This document shows, in pieces, positions 7,690 through 16,912 of a stretch of 64,000 bases of DNA. The stretch covers positions 32,001 to 96,000 of IMG/VR virus record IMGVR_UViG_3300030330_006022. The stretch is one strand, 5' to 3'. This stretch comes from a virus (lineage: Duplodnaviria; Caudoviricetes). Under the pieces are notes generated by a model. It made no database searches. It was not told the DNA's origin and worked only from the letters and a program-made list of their open reading frames with translations. Position 1 is the stretch's first letter. The number at the start of each line of letters is the position of its first letter. The translations under genes and the position numbers were made by a program.

Positions 7690-8490
7690 ATGAAAAAAAT
7701 AGTTTTATTTGACATGGATGGCACACTAACACCACCAAGAAAAGAATTAGATCGTGATTTGATTCCTGCGTTACGAGAACTCGCTAAAATAAGCGATATC
7801 GGAATTGTTACTGGATCTGATCATAATTACGTTTTGCAACAAATGGGCTTGTTGATGGAGAATAGTGAGATACGTTACAAATTACATATCCTCCCCTGTA
7901 ACGGCACAAAATATTATCCTCCTCCCCAAGCTGCCACTCACTCGCACCAACTAGCCTTCGAAAAAAACATGAGAGAAGAATTAGGTGAATTGGGATTTAC
8001 TACAATCATGCGACATATTCTTCAACGACAAGCCCAGTTGCATCTTTATAACATTCCAATGACAGGACATTTTGTAGACTATAGAGGCTCTATGATTAAC
8101 TGGTGTCCTATAGGAAGAAATGCTAATGATAATGATAGAGAAAGGTTTATCTTATTTGACAAAGACAATTCAGATTTTAGAATGGGAGAGATTAGATCTT
8201 TTACAAAATTTTTAGAAAGAAGTTTTATGAAAGATAGATTACAAATAAAATTAGGTGGAGAAACATCTTTTGATATTTATCCTATAGGTTGGAATAAAAC
8301 CTTTGCTCTTCAACATTTTGAAGATTATCAATGTTGGTTCGTTGGAGATCGTTGTGGAGAAAATGGAAATGATCAAGCTATTTATGAAAGGCTTAGGGTT
8401 CATGGAAGATCTTTTGAAGTAAAATCAACAAAAGATACTTTAAATTTAATTTTTGATGAAATAATCCCAAGAATCGCTAACGACAGATAG
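7690..8490 (+). CDS. Eukaryote-type phosphomannomutase (HAD IIB, PMM2/Sec53-like)
   Basis: LFDMDGTLT, YRGSMINWCPIGR, GGETSFDIYPIGWNK, FVGD..GENGND; start at ATG 7690 after GGAG, the track start lies in the promoter. Confidence 0.85.
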   Translation: MKKIVLFDMDGTLTPPRKELDRDLIPALRELAKISDIGIVTGSDHNYVLQQMGLLMENSEIRYKLHILPCNGTKYYPPPQAATHSHQLAFEKNMREELGELGFTTIMRHILQRQAQLHLYNIPMTGHFVDYRGSMINWCPIGRNANDNDRERFILFDKDNSDFRMGEIRSFTKFLERSFMKDRLQIKLGGETSFDIYPIGWNKTFALQHFEDYQCWFVGDRCGENGNDQAIYERLRVHGRSFEVKSTKDTLNLIFDEIIPRIANDR

Positions 8491-8501
8491 GTTTTATGAT
8501 T

Positions 8502-8825
8502 ATGAAAATTTTTTATTTAAATCGCCTTGAGGATGAATCTGGTGTTTCTGGCACTGGACGAGTTGCTCAAGGTTTTATTTTTGATAACGGTAAAGTTGCC
8601 CTAACTTGGTTATCGGAACATCCATCAGTTACAATTTATGACAACATAGGAGAGGTACACGCTATACACTCTCACGATGGAAAAACAGAAGTCGAGATGT
8701 TACCTGATTTTAAAAGAGCGTTTAATGAACTTAAATCATTTATTGAAAATTTTTCTCTTTCTGAAGTATGCATTTCTAAGGTTTCACCTGAGTCACCAGC
8801 AGGAAAACTGATAACTAAAAACTAG
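8502..8825 (+). CDS. Conserved phage-type hypothetical protein
   Basis: FYLNRLEDESGVSGTGRVAQG..W..HSHDGKT pattern; AGGT SD. Confidence 0.6.
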   Translation: MKIFYLNRLEDESGVSGTGRVAQGFIFDNGKVALTWLSEHPSVTIYDNIGEVHAIHSHDGKTEVEMLPDFKRAFNELKSFIENFSLSEVCISKVSPESPAGKLITKN

Positions 8826-8828
8826 TTA
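8822..8828 (+). promoter_or_regulatory. Candidate late promoter motif CTAGTTA, 4 nt before GTG
   Basis: No SD before GTG 8833. Confidence 0.4.
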
Positions 8829-8832
8829 TGAA

Positions 8833-9324
8833 GTGGATAAATTATATACATTAAAGCTGGACGCATCGTGGAGGCCCATAGAAGTTATTGACGCTTTTAA
8901 GGGCGTAAATATGGTGCTAGGAGGCCGTGCGAGAGTCTTGGAGTGTTATGACACCGGACCACATCCAACGGTCAAATTTCCGGCTGTTATAGTCCTTAAA
9001 ACATACATACACAAACGGAAGTTTACAATGACCTGTAATCGGAAAAATGTCGTTTGGAGAGATAAAAACACCTGTCAATATTGTGGAGGTGTTTTTTCTT
9101 TTAAAGATTTAACAATGGATCATGTTCTTCCCCAATATCATGGTGGAGAAAAAACATGGGAAAATATTGTTTCTGCCTGTAAAAGGTGTAATGGAAAGAA
9201 AGGTCATAAAAAACTTGAAGAAATTTCAATGAATCTCTTGACAAAACCAAAAAAACCTGCTATAACTATAAGAGACTATTATAGACAAATAAGGTTTCCC
9301 GAATGTTGGGATAAGTATATTTAA
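8833..9324 (+). CDS. HNH endonuclease (McrA-like family)
   Basis: RDKNTCQYCG..LTMDHVLP..GG..WENIVSACKRCNGKK. Confidence 0.9.
   Translation: MDKLYTLKLDASWRPIEVIDAFKGVNMVLGGRARVLECYDTGPHPTVKFPAVIVLKTYIHKRKFTMTCNRKNVVWRDKNTCQYCGGVFSFKDLTMDHVLPQYHGGEKTWENIVSACKRCNGKKGHKKLEEISMNLLTKPKKPAITIRDYYRQIRFPECWDKYI
9238..9266 (+). promoter_or_regulatory. Possible sigma70 promoter inside the HNH gene (TTGACA-N17-TATAAC, TG extended)
   Basis: ttgacaaaaccaaaaaaacctgctataac; last -10 base is non-consensus. Confidence 0.45.
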
Positions 9325-9334
9325 AGGAGAAAAG

Positions 9335-9769
9335 ATGAATAAACCTAATATTGTTGCCGTGAGCGGAGGCTTTGATCCTGTTCACATTGGACATGTTCGC
9401 ATGATACAAGATGCTTCACTTCATGGTGATGTGTTGGTTATAATTAATTCGGATGCATGGCTGATGCGAAAAAAAGGATATGTCTTTATGCCATGGGAAG
9501 AAAGAGCTGAAATCATGGGAAATATAAAAGGTGTTAAATATGTAACACATGTGGACGACTCAGATGGAACAGTTTGTGAAGCACTTAGTAGAATGAAACC
9601 AGATATTTTTGCTAATGGTGGCGATCGTAAAACCGAAAATACACCAGAAATGAATTTGTGTGATCATATTGGAATTGAAATGATGTGGGCTGTTGGAGGT
9701 AGTGACAAACCACAATCCTCATCTTGGTTAGTTAATAAATTAAAGGAGAATAAAAATGGACTCAAATGA
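9335..9769 (+). CDS. Cytidylyltransferase-like nucleotidyltransferase (HIGH motif, TagD/RfaE-like)
   Basis: SGGFDPVHIGH, NSD, ER, ANGGDR; AAGGAG SD. Confidence 0.85.
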   Translation: MNKPNIVAVSGGFDPVHIGHVRMIQDASLHGDVLVIINSDAWLMRKKGYVFMPWEERAEIMGNIKGVKYVTHVDDSDGTVCEALSRMKPDIFANGGDRKTENTPEMNLCDHIGIEMMWAVGGSDKPQSSSWLVNKLKENKNGLK

Positions 9770-10010
9770 ATTTTCAGAAAAATTAATGAGATTGTCATTG
9801 GACTTACAAAATTGGCCTCAATCAAAACAAAGACAATTTACAGAATTGCTTTATGCTGCAAAGAAAGCATATGAAATAGGATTGACACAAGAACAGATAC
9901 AATTAATTGTAGTATCTGCCATACAAATAGCCAAAAACCCAGATATAAAACAATTATTTTCTGTTTTAACTGGAGAGTTTGATATAAATCCTGATGATGA
10001 TTTTCAATAA
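9756..10010 (+). CDS. Hypothetical protein
   Basis: 84-aa ORF with AAGGAG SD. Confidence 0.6.
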   Translation: MDSNEFSEKLMRLSLDLQNWPQSKQRQFTELLYAAKKAYEIGLTQEQIQLIVVSAIQIAKNPDIKQLFSVLTGEFDINPDDDFQ

Positions 10011-10022
10011 TTAATAAACAAG

Positions 10023-10047
10023 AGCGAGGAGAAATCCTCGCTTTTTT
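10023..10047 (+). terminator. Rho-independent terminator
   Basis: AGCGAGGA-GAAA-TCCTCGCT stem-loop followed by a T run. Confidence 0.85.
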
Positions 10048-10048
10048 G

Positions 10049-10055
10049 CTATTTA
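10049..10055 (+). promoter_or_regulatory. Candidate late promoter motif CTATTTA directly after the terminator
   Basis: No sigma70 promoter visible between the terminator and gene 10083. Confidence 0.5.
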
Positions 10056-10082
10056 TAAGTAAATTGTTGTTGAGGTATAAGA

Positions 10083-13000
10083 ATGAACAAAAAAGCTATC
10101 TTAAAAGAACTGGTGAAAGACCCAGAAATAAAAAACTTATTTAATATGGGATTTTCTCGATCCATCGTAAACAAACTTATCATTGAAAGTTTAATGAAAG
10201 AAGACGCTCCTGATTATCCGGATAAGATAAAGAATACAATAACACAACTAAATCGTGATCTGAAACAAGTTGAATTGACCCTTAACGTAGAAGTAAGGGG
10301 TTCTCCAGATGACTCAGAAATACAAATAAAAGCAAAACAAGCTTTAGCCGCTGTTAAAGAGCTCTTTGGTAAATATAGTGAAATGGTTAATCAATATATA
10401 TTAAACAATAAGGGTAAAGAAGAAGATCTAGAAACACAAAATAGTATTAATAATTTAATTCAAAATTTTGAAAACAAACTTCAACAAAAAGTAGAAATTT
10501 CGGATATCGGACCAGCAGAATTGTTTAAATCATTAATTGCCATCAAAGCAGGCCCTGGTAGCACATTTGGACAAAATGATTACGATGTACTAATGCGGTC
10601 TTTTGACACTACAAAACTTTTAGTAGACGCAATATATAAGCATAGACACGGAGACGATGATCCATTTGCAGAATTAAAACAAAAGTATGATGATTCTGAT
10701 TTTATGAAAGCTGTACCACCAACAGAACAAGCTACTGTATACAAGTTTTTGCAAATTCTTAAAAAAGAAAACTTGATCAACGAATCTATTGGAGATATTG
10801 TCACCACGCTTAATTTAGATAAGAAAGGGCTAACAAAAGCATTCGCACAGTTAGAGAAAGATGAACAAGCAATAATTAGACGATTATTAGGTGAAAAATC
10901 TGAACTTTTTATCAATATGTTACGGTCGGAAGAACCAGGAACAGGTGAAGACTCTGAAGAAATGCCACCAGAGGTTTTAGCATTTTTACAAGATATAGCT
11001 GATTTTATTATAAAAAGTAAATTAAAAGAATTAAATCCTGAGAAAATTAAAGATGCCGATGAAGAAGTTATAAAAAAAGCATTAAAACAAGTTGGAACTC
11101 TTGATGATGATAAAGGAACTGTGTCTAAAAAAGACTTTGATTTAGCTGATGAAACTCCTGATTCTGTTAAAAAAGGCTTGTTAGACAGAGCAGCGAAACT
11201 TGGTCTTAGTGAAAATATTGTCTTAAATGAAGCACCAGAATTTTACGAAAAATTTCTAGAAGCTGGAAAAAACGATCCAGATTTTAAAGGTCATTTTCCA
11301 ACATCTGAGCAAATGCAAAGTTTTTCTTCCATGGAAGGCGAAAAAGCAGAAAAAATTGGATCTTATTTTAAAGATGATACCAGTGTAACAGCTGCAATTG
11401 AAAAAATAAAACAATTAATGAATCCAGAGGGAGAGCTTAGAATAGACCCCTCTTTGATATCAGGCGCAGAGGAAGATGAAATTGTAGATGAAACTGACTC
11501 AATAACAAAACAAACAGCTGTTGAAGCATATACAAAAGCTGGCAAGGAAGGAGGAAAAACCTTTCGCAATACCCTGATCAAATTTTTTGATGAGTTTATG
11601 ACAACTAGATATATTAGTGATCAAACACAAATATTTAATGATTTTTTGGACTCCATCGAAACTTTTAAAAAACGACTCACAACATCAAAATTAAGAGCTC
11701 AAAATGAAAGTTTAATAAAAGAAAACACAACCCAAGAATATTCTAACAAAGAAGTATCGGAGATTAAAAAAGCTGAATTAAATTTTCTCAAATCAATGAA
11801 ATTGATTACAGATGAACTTGACAGATTAGATAAAAATGGACAATCAGTTCTTGCTAGTGCTCAAAAAAGATTTATAATGAAACAAGCAGAAACAATGCAG
11901 AATGAAATTGAAACTTTATTTAATTTAGTAGCCGGCGCAACTGTTGATACACTAAAAGAAGAAAAAACAGTTTTTAAAACAAGAAAAGATAAGGTGCAAT
12001 TTGTTAAAAATGTTTTTAACTCGCTAGAGCCAAGACTTCAAAAATTTGATGAATTGATGACAAGTTTTGAAAACGCACCTGGTGATGAAGAAGTTCAACT
12101 AGAAGATATATTTTCTTCTCTTGACTTTTTTGATGCTAACTTAAAAAAACTAAAACCTCTATTTGATACTAAAAACACTTACTTCACTAAAAATAAAATA
12201 AAAATTGAAGATTTATCTAATTTGTTACAACAAATGAAAAGAGCATTTGTGTTAGTCTATAAAACACTAAAACCAACAACTGAAGATGGAGAAATTACAG
12301 AAGAAACAAGAGAAAAAGTTTTAGAAAAATTAAAAAGAATATCTACTGCTATCGCTAAATATATTGGACCTGTAAGTAAAATAGGTACCACAGAAATACC
12401 AGAAATACCAGCCGACAAAGAAGCAGATGCTGAAGAGGGTGAGGACGAAATTCCCAAAGCTGGAGAAAAATATGAAGTTATTGGCGAAAACGGTGGTAAT
12501 TTAGATTCAGAATTGCCGAAAGGAAGTGTAATTCAAATTATTGAAATTGAAAAGATTGAAGATACCACCACTGCTAATGATTATGCTATTAAGTATAAGA
12601 AACTCGGAGAAGATGGATACGATGGAGATGGTAATATTTCCATCGAAGACTTTTTTAAAATATTTAAAAAAGTTGAAGGCGAAGAAGACGATACTCCACC
12701 AGGATTGCCTAAAGTTGGTGAGAAATATAAAGCTTTAAGAAAAATTTCTGAGGATTTAGATGAAGGTGAAGTTATGGAGATTACCAATGTTGAACTCAAA
12801 TCTAATGATGCTGGAACTAAGAAGTTTTATAAAATATCTTATACAACACCATCCGGTAAATTAGAGCTAGATGCTTTTCTTGAAGACGACCTTGAGAGAT
12901 TCTTAAGAAAATTTGAAAAAGTTGAAGGCGATGAGGAAGCAGATGTAAGTCCAGAAGAAGTCGATGAGAAACTAACTGAAATAGCAAAAACAATAATCAG

Positions 13001-13997
13001 AAGAAATATTGAGGAGATAGGTAGTATAGTTAAAGACATTACAACAACAAAAAGCATTAGAGATGAAGAAAAAGCTAGAGAAAAAGTACAAAGAACTTTT
13101 GCACAAAGTCAGAAGTTTAATCAATTTGCTCGAGAAATAGTTGTTGATGAAGAGGTGCTTCAAAGACCAGAAAATATTAAAAGTTTTTTAGCTGATTTGG
13201 ATGCTCCTTACGACCAAGATGCTGCTGGTCTTGTGCTAAGTAAGTTAGAAGAACTTGTGTTTAAAATATCAGACAAAAGAAAAACCCAAAGTGTAAGCCC
13301 AGATGATTTAAAACAATTAGTAGATTCAAAAATAGGAAAAGCTTTTATAAGTGATGCCAACCTAACACTATTAGCAAAAGCGTTTTATAAAAATCCTGCG
13401 GATTCTTTATCTAAATTAAAAAGTGCTGTTAATAGTGAAACTAAAACTTCACTTCCTCCAAATCCGGACAACTTTGACCAAGAAGAATTTGAACAATTAG
13501 TAAAAACAAAATTACTAATTGGAGGAATTAAAGAAGATAAAGACCCAAGCAAACAAGACGACGAACTTTATGATGCAGTAGATTCAATACAAGAAAGATT
13601 AAAAGCCTTTAGAGACCAAGTATCAAAAATGAAAAAGTGGAGCATTCAATCCAACAAAAGAGAAATATTTATACTTTTTTATACTGTAGCAGAGTTATTT
13701 AAAAGTTTTAGATTTATTAAAAAACACCTAGATGCTAACAACCCTAAAAAAGCAAAAGCAAAAGCATTTGATCTTTTTACCGTATCTAAAGGTTTAGCTA
13801 CGCCAACTAGCTCATTTGATAAAAATGCTCCTCTATTAGTTTCTTACAACCCAGCAATTTCTGGGTTTATAAGCCCAAAAGAACAAGAAGAGGCTCCAAA
13901 AACACCAAAGAAAGAACAAATTGAAAAAAAATTAGAAGTCATAATCGAACGGTTTATAAACCAAAGGAAGCAACAATGGCGAAAAAGAACTATGTGA
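10083..13997 (+). CDS. Large acidic helical hypothetical protein (1304 aa), probable internal virion protein
   Basis: Long ORF with GAGG SD; MKE/INE/LNE/IKE/LKE sites punctuate the sequence; internal tandem domain duplication. Confidence 0.65.
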   Translation: MNKKAILKELVKDPEIKNLFNMGFSRSIVNKLIIESLMKEDAPDYPDKIKNTITQLNRDLKQVELTLNVEVRGSPDDSEIQIKAKQALAAVKELFGKYSEMVNQYILNNKGKEEDLETQNSINNLIQNFENKLQQKVEISDIGPAELFKSLIAIKAGPGSTFGQNDYDVLMRSFDTTKLLVDAIYKHRHGDDDPFAELKQKYDDSDFMKAVPPTEQATVYKFLQILKKENLINESIGDIVTTLNLDKKGLTKAFAQLEKDEQAIIRRLLGEKSELFINMLRSEEPGTGEDSEEMPPEVLAFLQDIADFIIKSKLKELNPEKIKDADEEVIKKALKQVGTLDDDKGTVSKKDFDLADETPDSVKKGLLDRAAKLGLSENIVLNEAPEFYEKFLEAGKNDPDFKGHFPTSEQMQSFSSMEGEKAEKIGSYFKDDTSVTAAIEKIKQLMNPEGELRIDPSLISGAEEDEIVDETDSITKQTAVEAYTKAGKEGGKTFRNTLIKFFDEFMTTRYISDQTQIFNDFLDSIETFKKRLTTSKLRAQNESLIKENTTQEYSNKEVSEIKKAELNFLKSMKLITDELDRLDKNGQSVLASAQKRFIMKQAETMQNEIETLFNLVAGATVDTLKEEKTVFKTRKDKVQFVKNVFNSLEPRLQKFDELMTSFENAPGDEEVQLEDIFSSLDFFDANLKKLKPLFDTKNTYFTKNKIKIEDLSNLLQQMKRAFVLVYKTLKPTTEDGEITEETREKVLEKLKRISTAIAKYIGPVSKIGTTEIPEIPADKEADAEEGEDEIPKAGEKYEVIGENGGNLDSELPKGSVIQIIEIEKIEDTTTANDYAIKYKKLGEDGYDGDGNISIEDFFKIFKKVEGEEDDTPPGLPKVGEKYKALRKISEDLDEGEVMEITNVELKSNDAGTKKFYKISYTTPSGKLELDAFLEDDLERFLRKFEKVEGDEEADVSPEEVDEKLTEIAKTIIRRNIEEIGSIVKDITTTKSIRDEEKAREKVQRTFAQSQKFNQFAREIVVDEEVLQRPENIKSFLADLDAPYDQDAAGLVLSKLEELVFKISDKRKTQSVSPDDLKQLVDSKIGKAFISDANLTLLAKAFYKNPADSLSKLKSAVNSETKTSLPPNPDNFDQEEFEQLVKTKLLIGGIKEDKDPSKQDDELYDAVDSIQERLKAFRDQVSKMKKWSIQSNKREIFILFYTVAELFKSFRFIKKHLDANNPKKAKAKAFDLFTVSKGLATPTSSFDKNAPLLVSYNPAISGFISPKEQEEAPKTPKKEQIEKKLEVIIERFINQRKQQWRKRTM

Positions 13998-15313
13998 TCG
14001 ATACATCGGTCTTCCTAACAGATAGCTCCTGTCTGTTTAAGTTCGGCAACAATGATTTATTTATTGCCCATAAAGTTTTAGAAGAAATTGATAAACACAA
14101 AAAACGTCAAGACTCCGTTGGATTTCATGCAAGACATACAATAAAAGTGCTTGATGAATTACGCGAAAAGGGCTCTTTAAGCAAAGGACTTCGTCTTGGT
14201 AAGGGAATGGGTATCTTGAAGGTTGAAGAGGCTTCTAGACCCCTTCCTGGCTCTTTATCAATGCGTGTTCCTGATCATCAAATACTTGGTGTTGCTCTTG
14301 CTGTCCAAGAAGCTTATCCAAAGAGAAAAACTGTTGTTTTATCTCGAGACATAAACATGAGAGTCATAGCTGATTCTTGTGGTTTATTATCCGAAGATTA
14401 CGAAACAGAAAAGGTAATTGAAGATATTGAAAAGATATATACTGGTTTTCTTGAGATAGTTGTAGATGATGAACTAATAGAGCAATTTTATGATGACGAA
14501 GAAGTGTATTTTGATGAATTATTTCAAAAAGAGCACAAAGTAAAGTTATACCCAAATCAATTTCTTATTCTTATTTCTTCTTCAAACCCAAAAAAGTCTG
14601 CTTTGGCAAGATTTGTTTTAGATGAAAAGCCAATTGAAAAAATAAGAGATGATGTTAGCAATCTAACTATGGGAATTTTTCCAAGAAACAAAGAACAAAA
14701 GTTTTCTTATGATTTATTATTTGATGAATCAATTAAATTTGTTTCTCTTATTGGTAAAGCTGGATCTGGTAAGACACTTATGGCAATTGCTGCTGGTATG
14801 GAACAAACTCTTTCCCTTAAAACGTCTAACAATAAATACAGAAAAATTGTTGTATCTCGACCTGTACAGCCTCTTGGGAAAGACATTGGTTTCCTACCTG
14901 GGACGATGCACGAAAAGATGATGCCATGGTTGATGCCAATTCAAGACAATCTGGAAACAATTATGGGAGAAGATAAGACTTATCTCAATGAGTATGTTGA
15001 AAGAGGTAAGATACAAATTGAAGCTCTTACTTACATACGTGGTCGATCAATAAATAATGCGTTTATCGTTATTGATGAAGCTCAAAACTTAACAGCTCAT
15101 GAAGTTAAAACTATCCTTACTCGTGTTGGAGAAAATACTAAAATTGTACTAACTGGTGACATTGAACAAATAGATAATATCTACACAAATGAAACATCAA
15201 ATGGTTTAACATATGCTGTGGAAAAATTTAAATCCCAAGATATATCAGGGCATATAACATTCCTTAAAGGTGAACGTTCGAGACTAGCAACAATTTCTTC
15301 AAAAATTCTTTAG
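13976..15313 (+). CDS. phoH: PIN-domain PhoH-family ATPase (PhoH2/YlaK-like)
   Basis: N-terminal PIN YVIDTSVF..LSRDINMR; GKAGSGKT Walker A, IGFLPG, RGRS, DEAQN, GDIEQID. Confidence 0.9.
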   Translation: MAKKNYVIDTSVFLTDSSCLFKFGNNDLFIAHKVLEEIDKHKKRQDSVGFHARHTIKVLDELREKGSLSKGLRLGKGMGILKVEEASRPLPGSLSMRVPDHQILGVALAVQEAYPKRKTVVLSRDINMRVIADSCGLLSEDYETEKVIEDIEKIYTGFLEIVVDDELIEQFYDDEEVYFDELFQKEHKVKLYPNQFLILISSSNPKKSALARFVLDEKPIEKIRDDVSNLTMGIFPRNKEQKFSYDLLFDESIKFVSLIGKAGSGKTLMAIAAGMEQTLSLKTSNNKYRKIVVSRPVQPLGKDIGFLPGTMHEKMMPWLMPIQDNLETIMGEDKTYLNEYVERGKIQIEALTYIRGRSINNAFIVIDEAQNLTAHEVKTILTRVGENTKIVLTGDIEQIDNIYTNETSNGLTYAVEKFKSQDISGHITFLKGERSRLATISSKIL

Positions 15314-15340
15314 TTTGACAAAAAAGATTCTATTTATGCC

Positions 15341-15369
15341 TTGACAAATTTATTCTATCGTGTTATAAT
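15341..15369 (+). promoter_or_regulatory. Consensus sigma70 promoter, extended -10
   Basis: ttgacaaatttattctatcgtgttataat; CTATTTA at 15330-15336 just upstream. Confidence 0.85.
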
Positions 15370-15392
15370 TATATTACTACTTTGGAGAATAA

Positions 15393-16064
15393 ATGAACTG
15401 GTTAGAAGAATCTATTAAAAGATCAAAAAAACTAAAGGATCATTACATGCTAAGGGGAATTGACATATATGTTAAAGACCAACTACCTCAAGATATTGAT
15501 GTAGACTTTGTTATAAAGTATGTTGCAAAAAGATTACCTGACCACGTTTTGTCTAATATAGATATTATTTATATTGGACACTTTCAAGATCTTATAGATC
15601 GTGACATTAATGCTTTATGGCAAAATGGAGCAATCTATATCACTAATGATCAAGATAATGAAATGGATATGATTGACGATCTAATTCATGAAATAGCTCA
15701 CTCAAATGAAAAACAATTTGAACGTATAATATATGAAGACGGAAAACTTGAAAAAGAGTTTTTATATAGACGTAAAAAAATTGCTCAAATTCTTGTTGAA
15801 AAGGGTTATGGAGTCCCCACTGGTTTTATATATGATATTTCTTACAATAAAGATATTGATGATTTTTTGTATGAGAAAGTTACATATGATGTTTTGTGGC
15901 AAATAATTCCAGGAATCTTTCCTTCACCTTATGCCGTTACTTCTATAAGAGAATATTGGGCTAAAGGGTTTGAACAGTTTTATATGGGTGACGGTGCTGA
16001 TCTTAAAGAAACTTCACCAGTCTTATTTTCCAAGTTAATGCAGTTAAATGACTTGGAGGATTAA
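15393..16064 (+). CDS. HExxH zincin-like protein
   Basis: LIHEIAHS and downstream REYWAKGFE. Confidence 0.6.
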   Translation: MNWLEESIKRSKKLKDHYMLRGIDIYVKDQLPQDIDVDFVIKYVAKRLPDHVLSNIDIIYIGHFQDLIDRDINALWQNGAIYITNDQDNEMDMIDDLIHEIAHSNEKQFERIIYEDGKLEKEFLYRRKKIAQILVEKGYGVPTGFIYDISYNKDIDDFLYEKVTYDVLWQIIPGIFPSPYAVTSIREYWAKGFEQFYMGDGADLKETSPVLFSKLMQLNDLED

Positions 16065-16837
16065 TGCATATATCATATTCAGAACTTAAAACATGGGCAG
16101 AGTGCGCATGGAAACACAAACTTATATATATTGACAGAGTCAATAAATTTGTTGGAAACGAATACACAGCTTTTGGTAGAGCTTTGCACCTTTTGTGTGA
16201 ACATGCCATAGAAGATAAAATACAAGAAGAAGATTACGATGATTTTTGGGATATAGCTTTTGAAAAAGAAATAATGGATCTTTTAAAAAAGAATGTTGAC
16301 TTAGAGCAAAATATTATAGATATCATGTCCAACCAAGCAAAACGAATATCACCTCAAATAATTCCACAGGTTATAAAAAAGTTTCAGAATTATGAAGTGT
16401 TTTCAGTTGAAGAAAAGCTATATCTTGATATCCCTGAACTTGAAGATTGTAAATTTAAAGGTTTTATAGACCTTGTATTGAAAACAGATGATGGCAAATA
16501 TCATGTTATTGATTGGAAAACATGTTCTTGGGGTTGGGATGCAAAAAAACGCTCTGACAAATATGTAACATATCAATTAACACTTTACAAAAAATTCTTT
16601 TGTTTAAAGCACAATATAGATCCAAAATTAGTTGAGACACATTTTGCCTTACTAAAAAGAACAGCAAAAAAAGATAACGTTGAAATTTTTCGTGTCACTT
16701 CAGGTCCTCGCAAAGTCCAAAATGCTACTGATCTTCTAGTAAAGGCAGTAAGGTCAATATTTAACAAAGCACATTTTAAAAACAGAGGGTCTTGTTCTTA
16801 TTGTGAATTCAACAACACAGAACACTGTCCTAGATAA
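16064..16837 (+). CDS. Cas4-like / RecB-family PD-(D/E)xK exonuclease with probable Fe-S cluster
   Basis: HISYSEL..C, GFIDLV..VIDWKT, YQLTLY, C-terminal CSYC..C. Confidence 0.85.
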   Translation: MHISYSELKTWAECAWKHKLIYIDRVNKFVGNEYTAFGRALHLLCEHAIEDKIQEEDYDDFWDIAFEKEIMDLLKKNVDLEQNIIDIMSNQAKRISPQIIPQVIKKFQNYEVFSVEEKLYLDIPELEDCKFKGFIDLVLKTDDGKYHVIDWKTCSWGWDAKKRSDKYVTYQLTLYKKFFCLKHNIDPKLVETHFALLKRTAKKDNVEIFRVTSGPRKVQNATDLLVKAVRSIFNKAHFKNRGSCSYCEFNNTEHCPR

Positions 16838-16861
16838 AAATAAAAAAAAATAAAAAAAAAC

Positions 16862-16890
16862 TTGACAAAGCAAAACCAACGTGTTATAAT
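16862..16890 (+). promoter_or_regulatory. Consensus sigma70 promoter with extended -10 and A-tract UP element
   Basis: ttgacaaagcaaaaccaacgtgttataat preceded by aaaataaaaaaaaataaaaaaaaa. Confidence 0.85.
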
Positions 16891-16912
16891 AGTAATAAAA
16901 AAGAGGTGACCT

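Noticed and set aside
8833-9324. HNH as a homing endonuclease in an intron
   Set aside because: Flanking genes are intact and unrelated; no split gene or intron structure evident
15315-15320. Extra TTGACA upstream of the 15341 promoter
   Set aside because: No -10 hexamer at 16-18 nt spacing
16064-16837. CRISPR-Cas system suggested by the Cas4-like gene
   Set aside because: No repeat-spacer array or other cas genes; solo Cas4-like nucleases are common in phages
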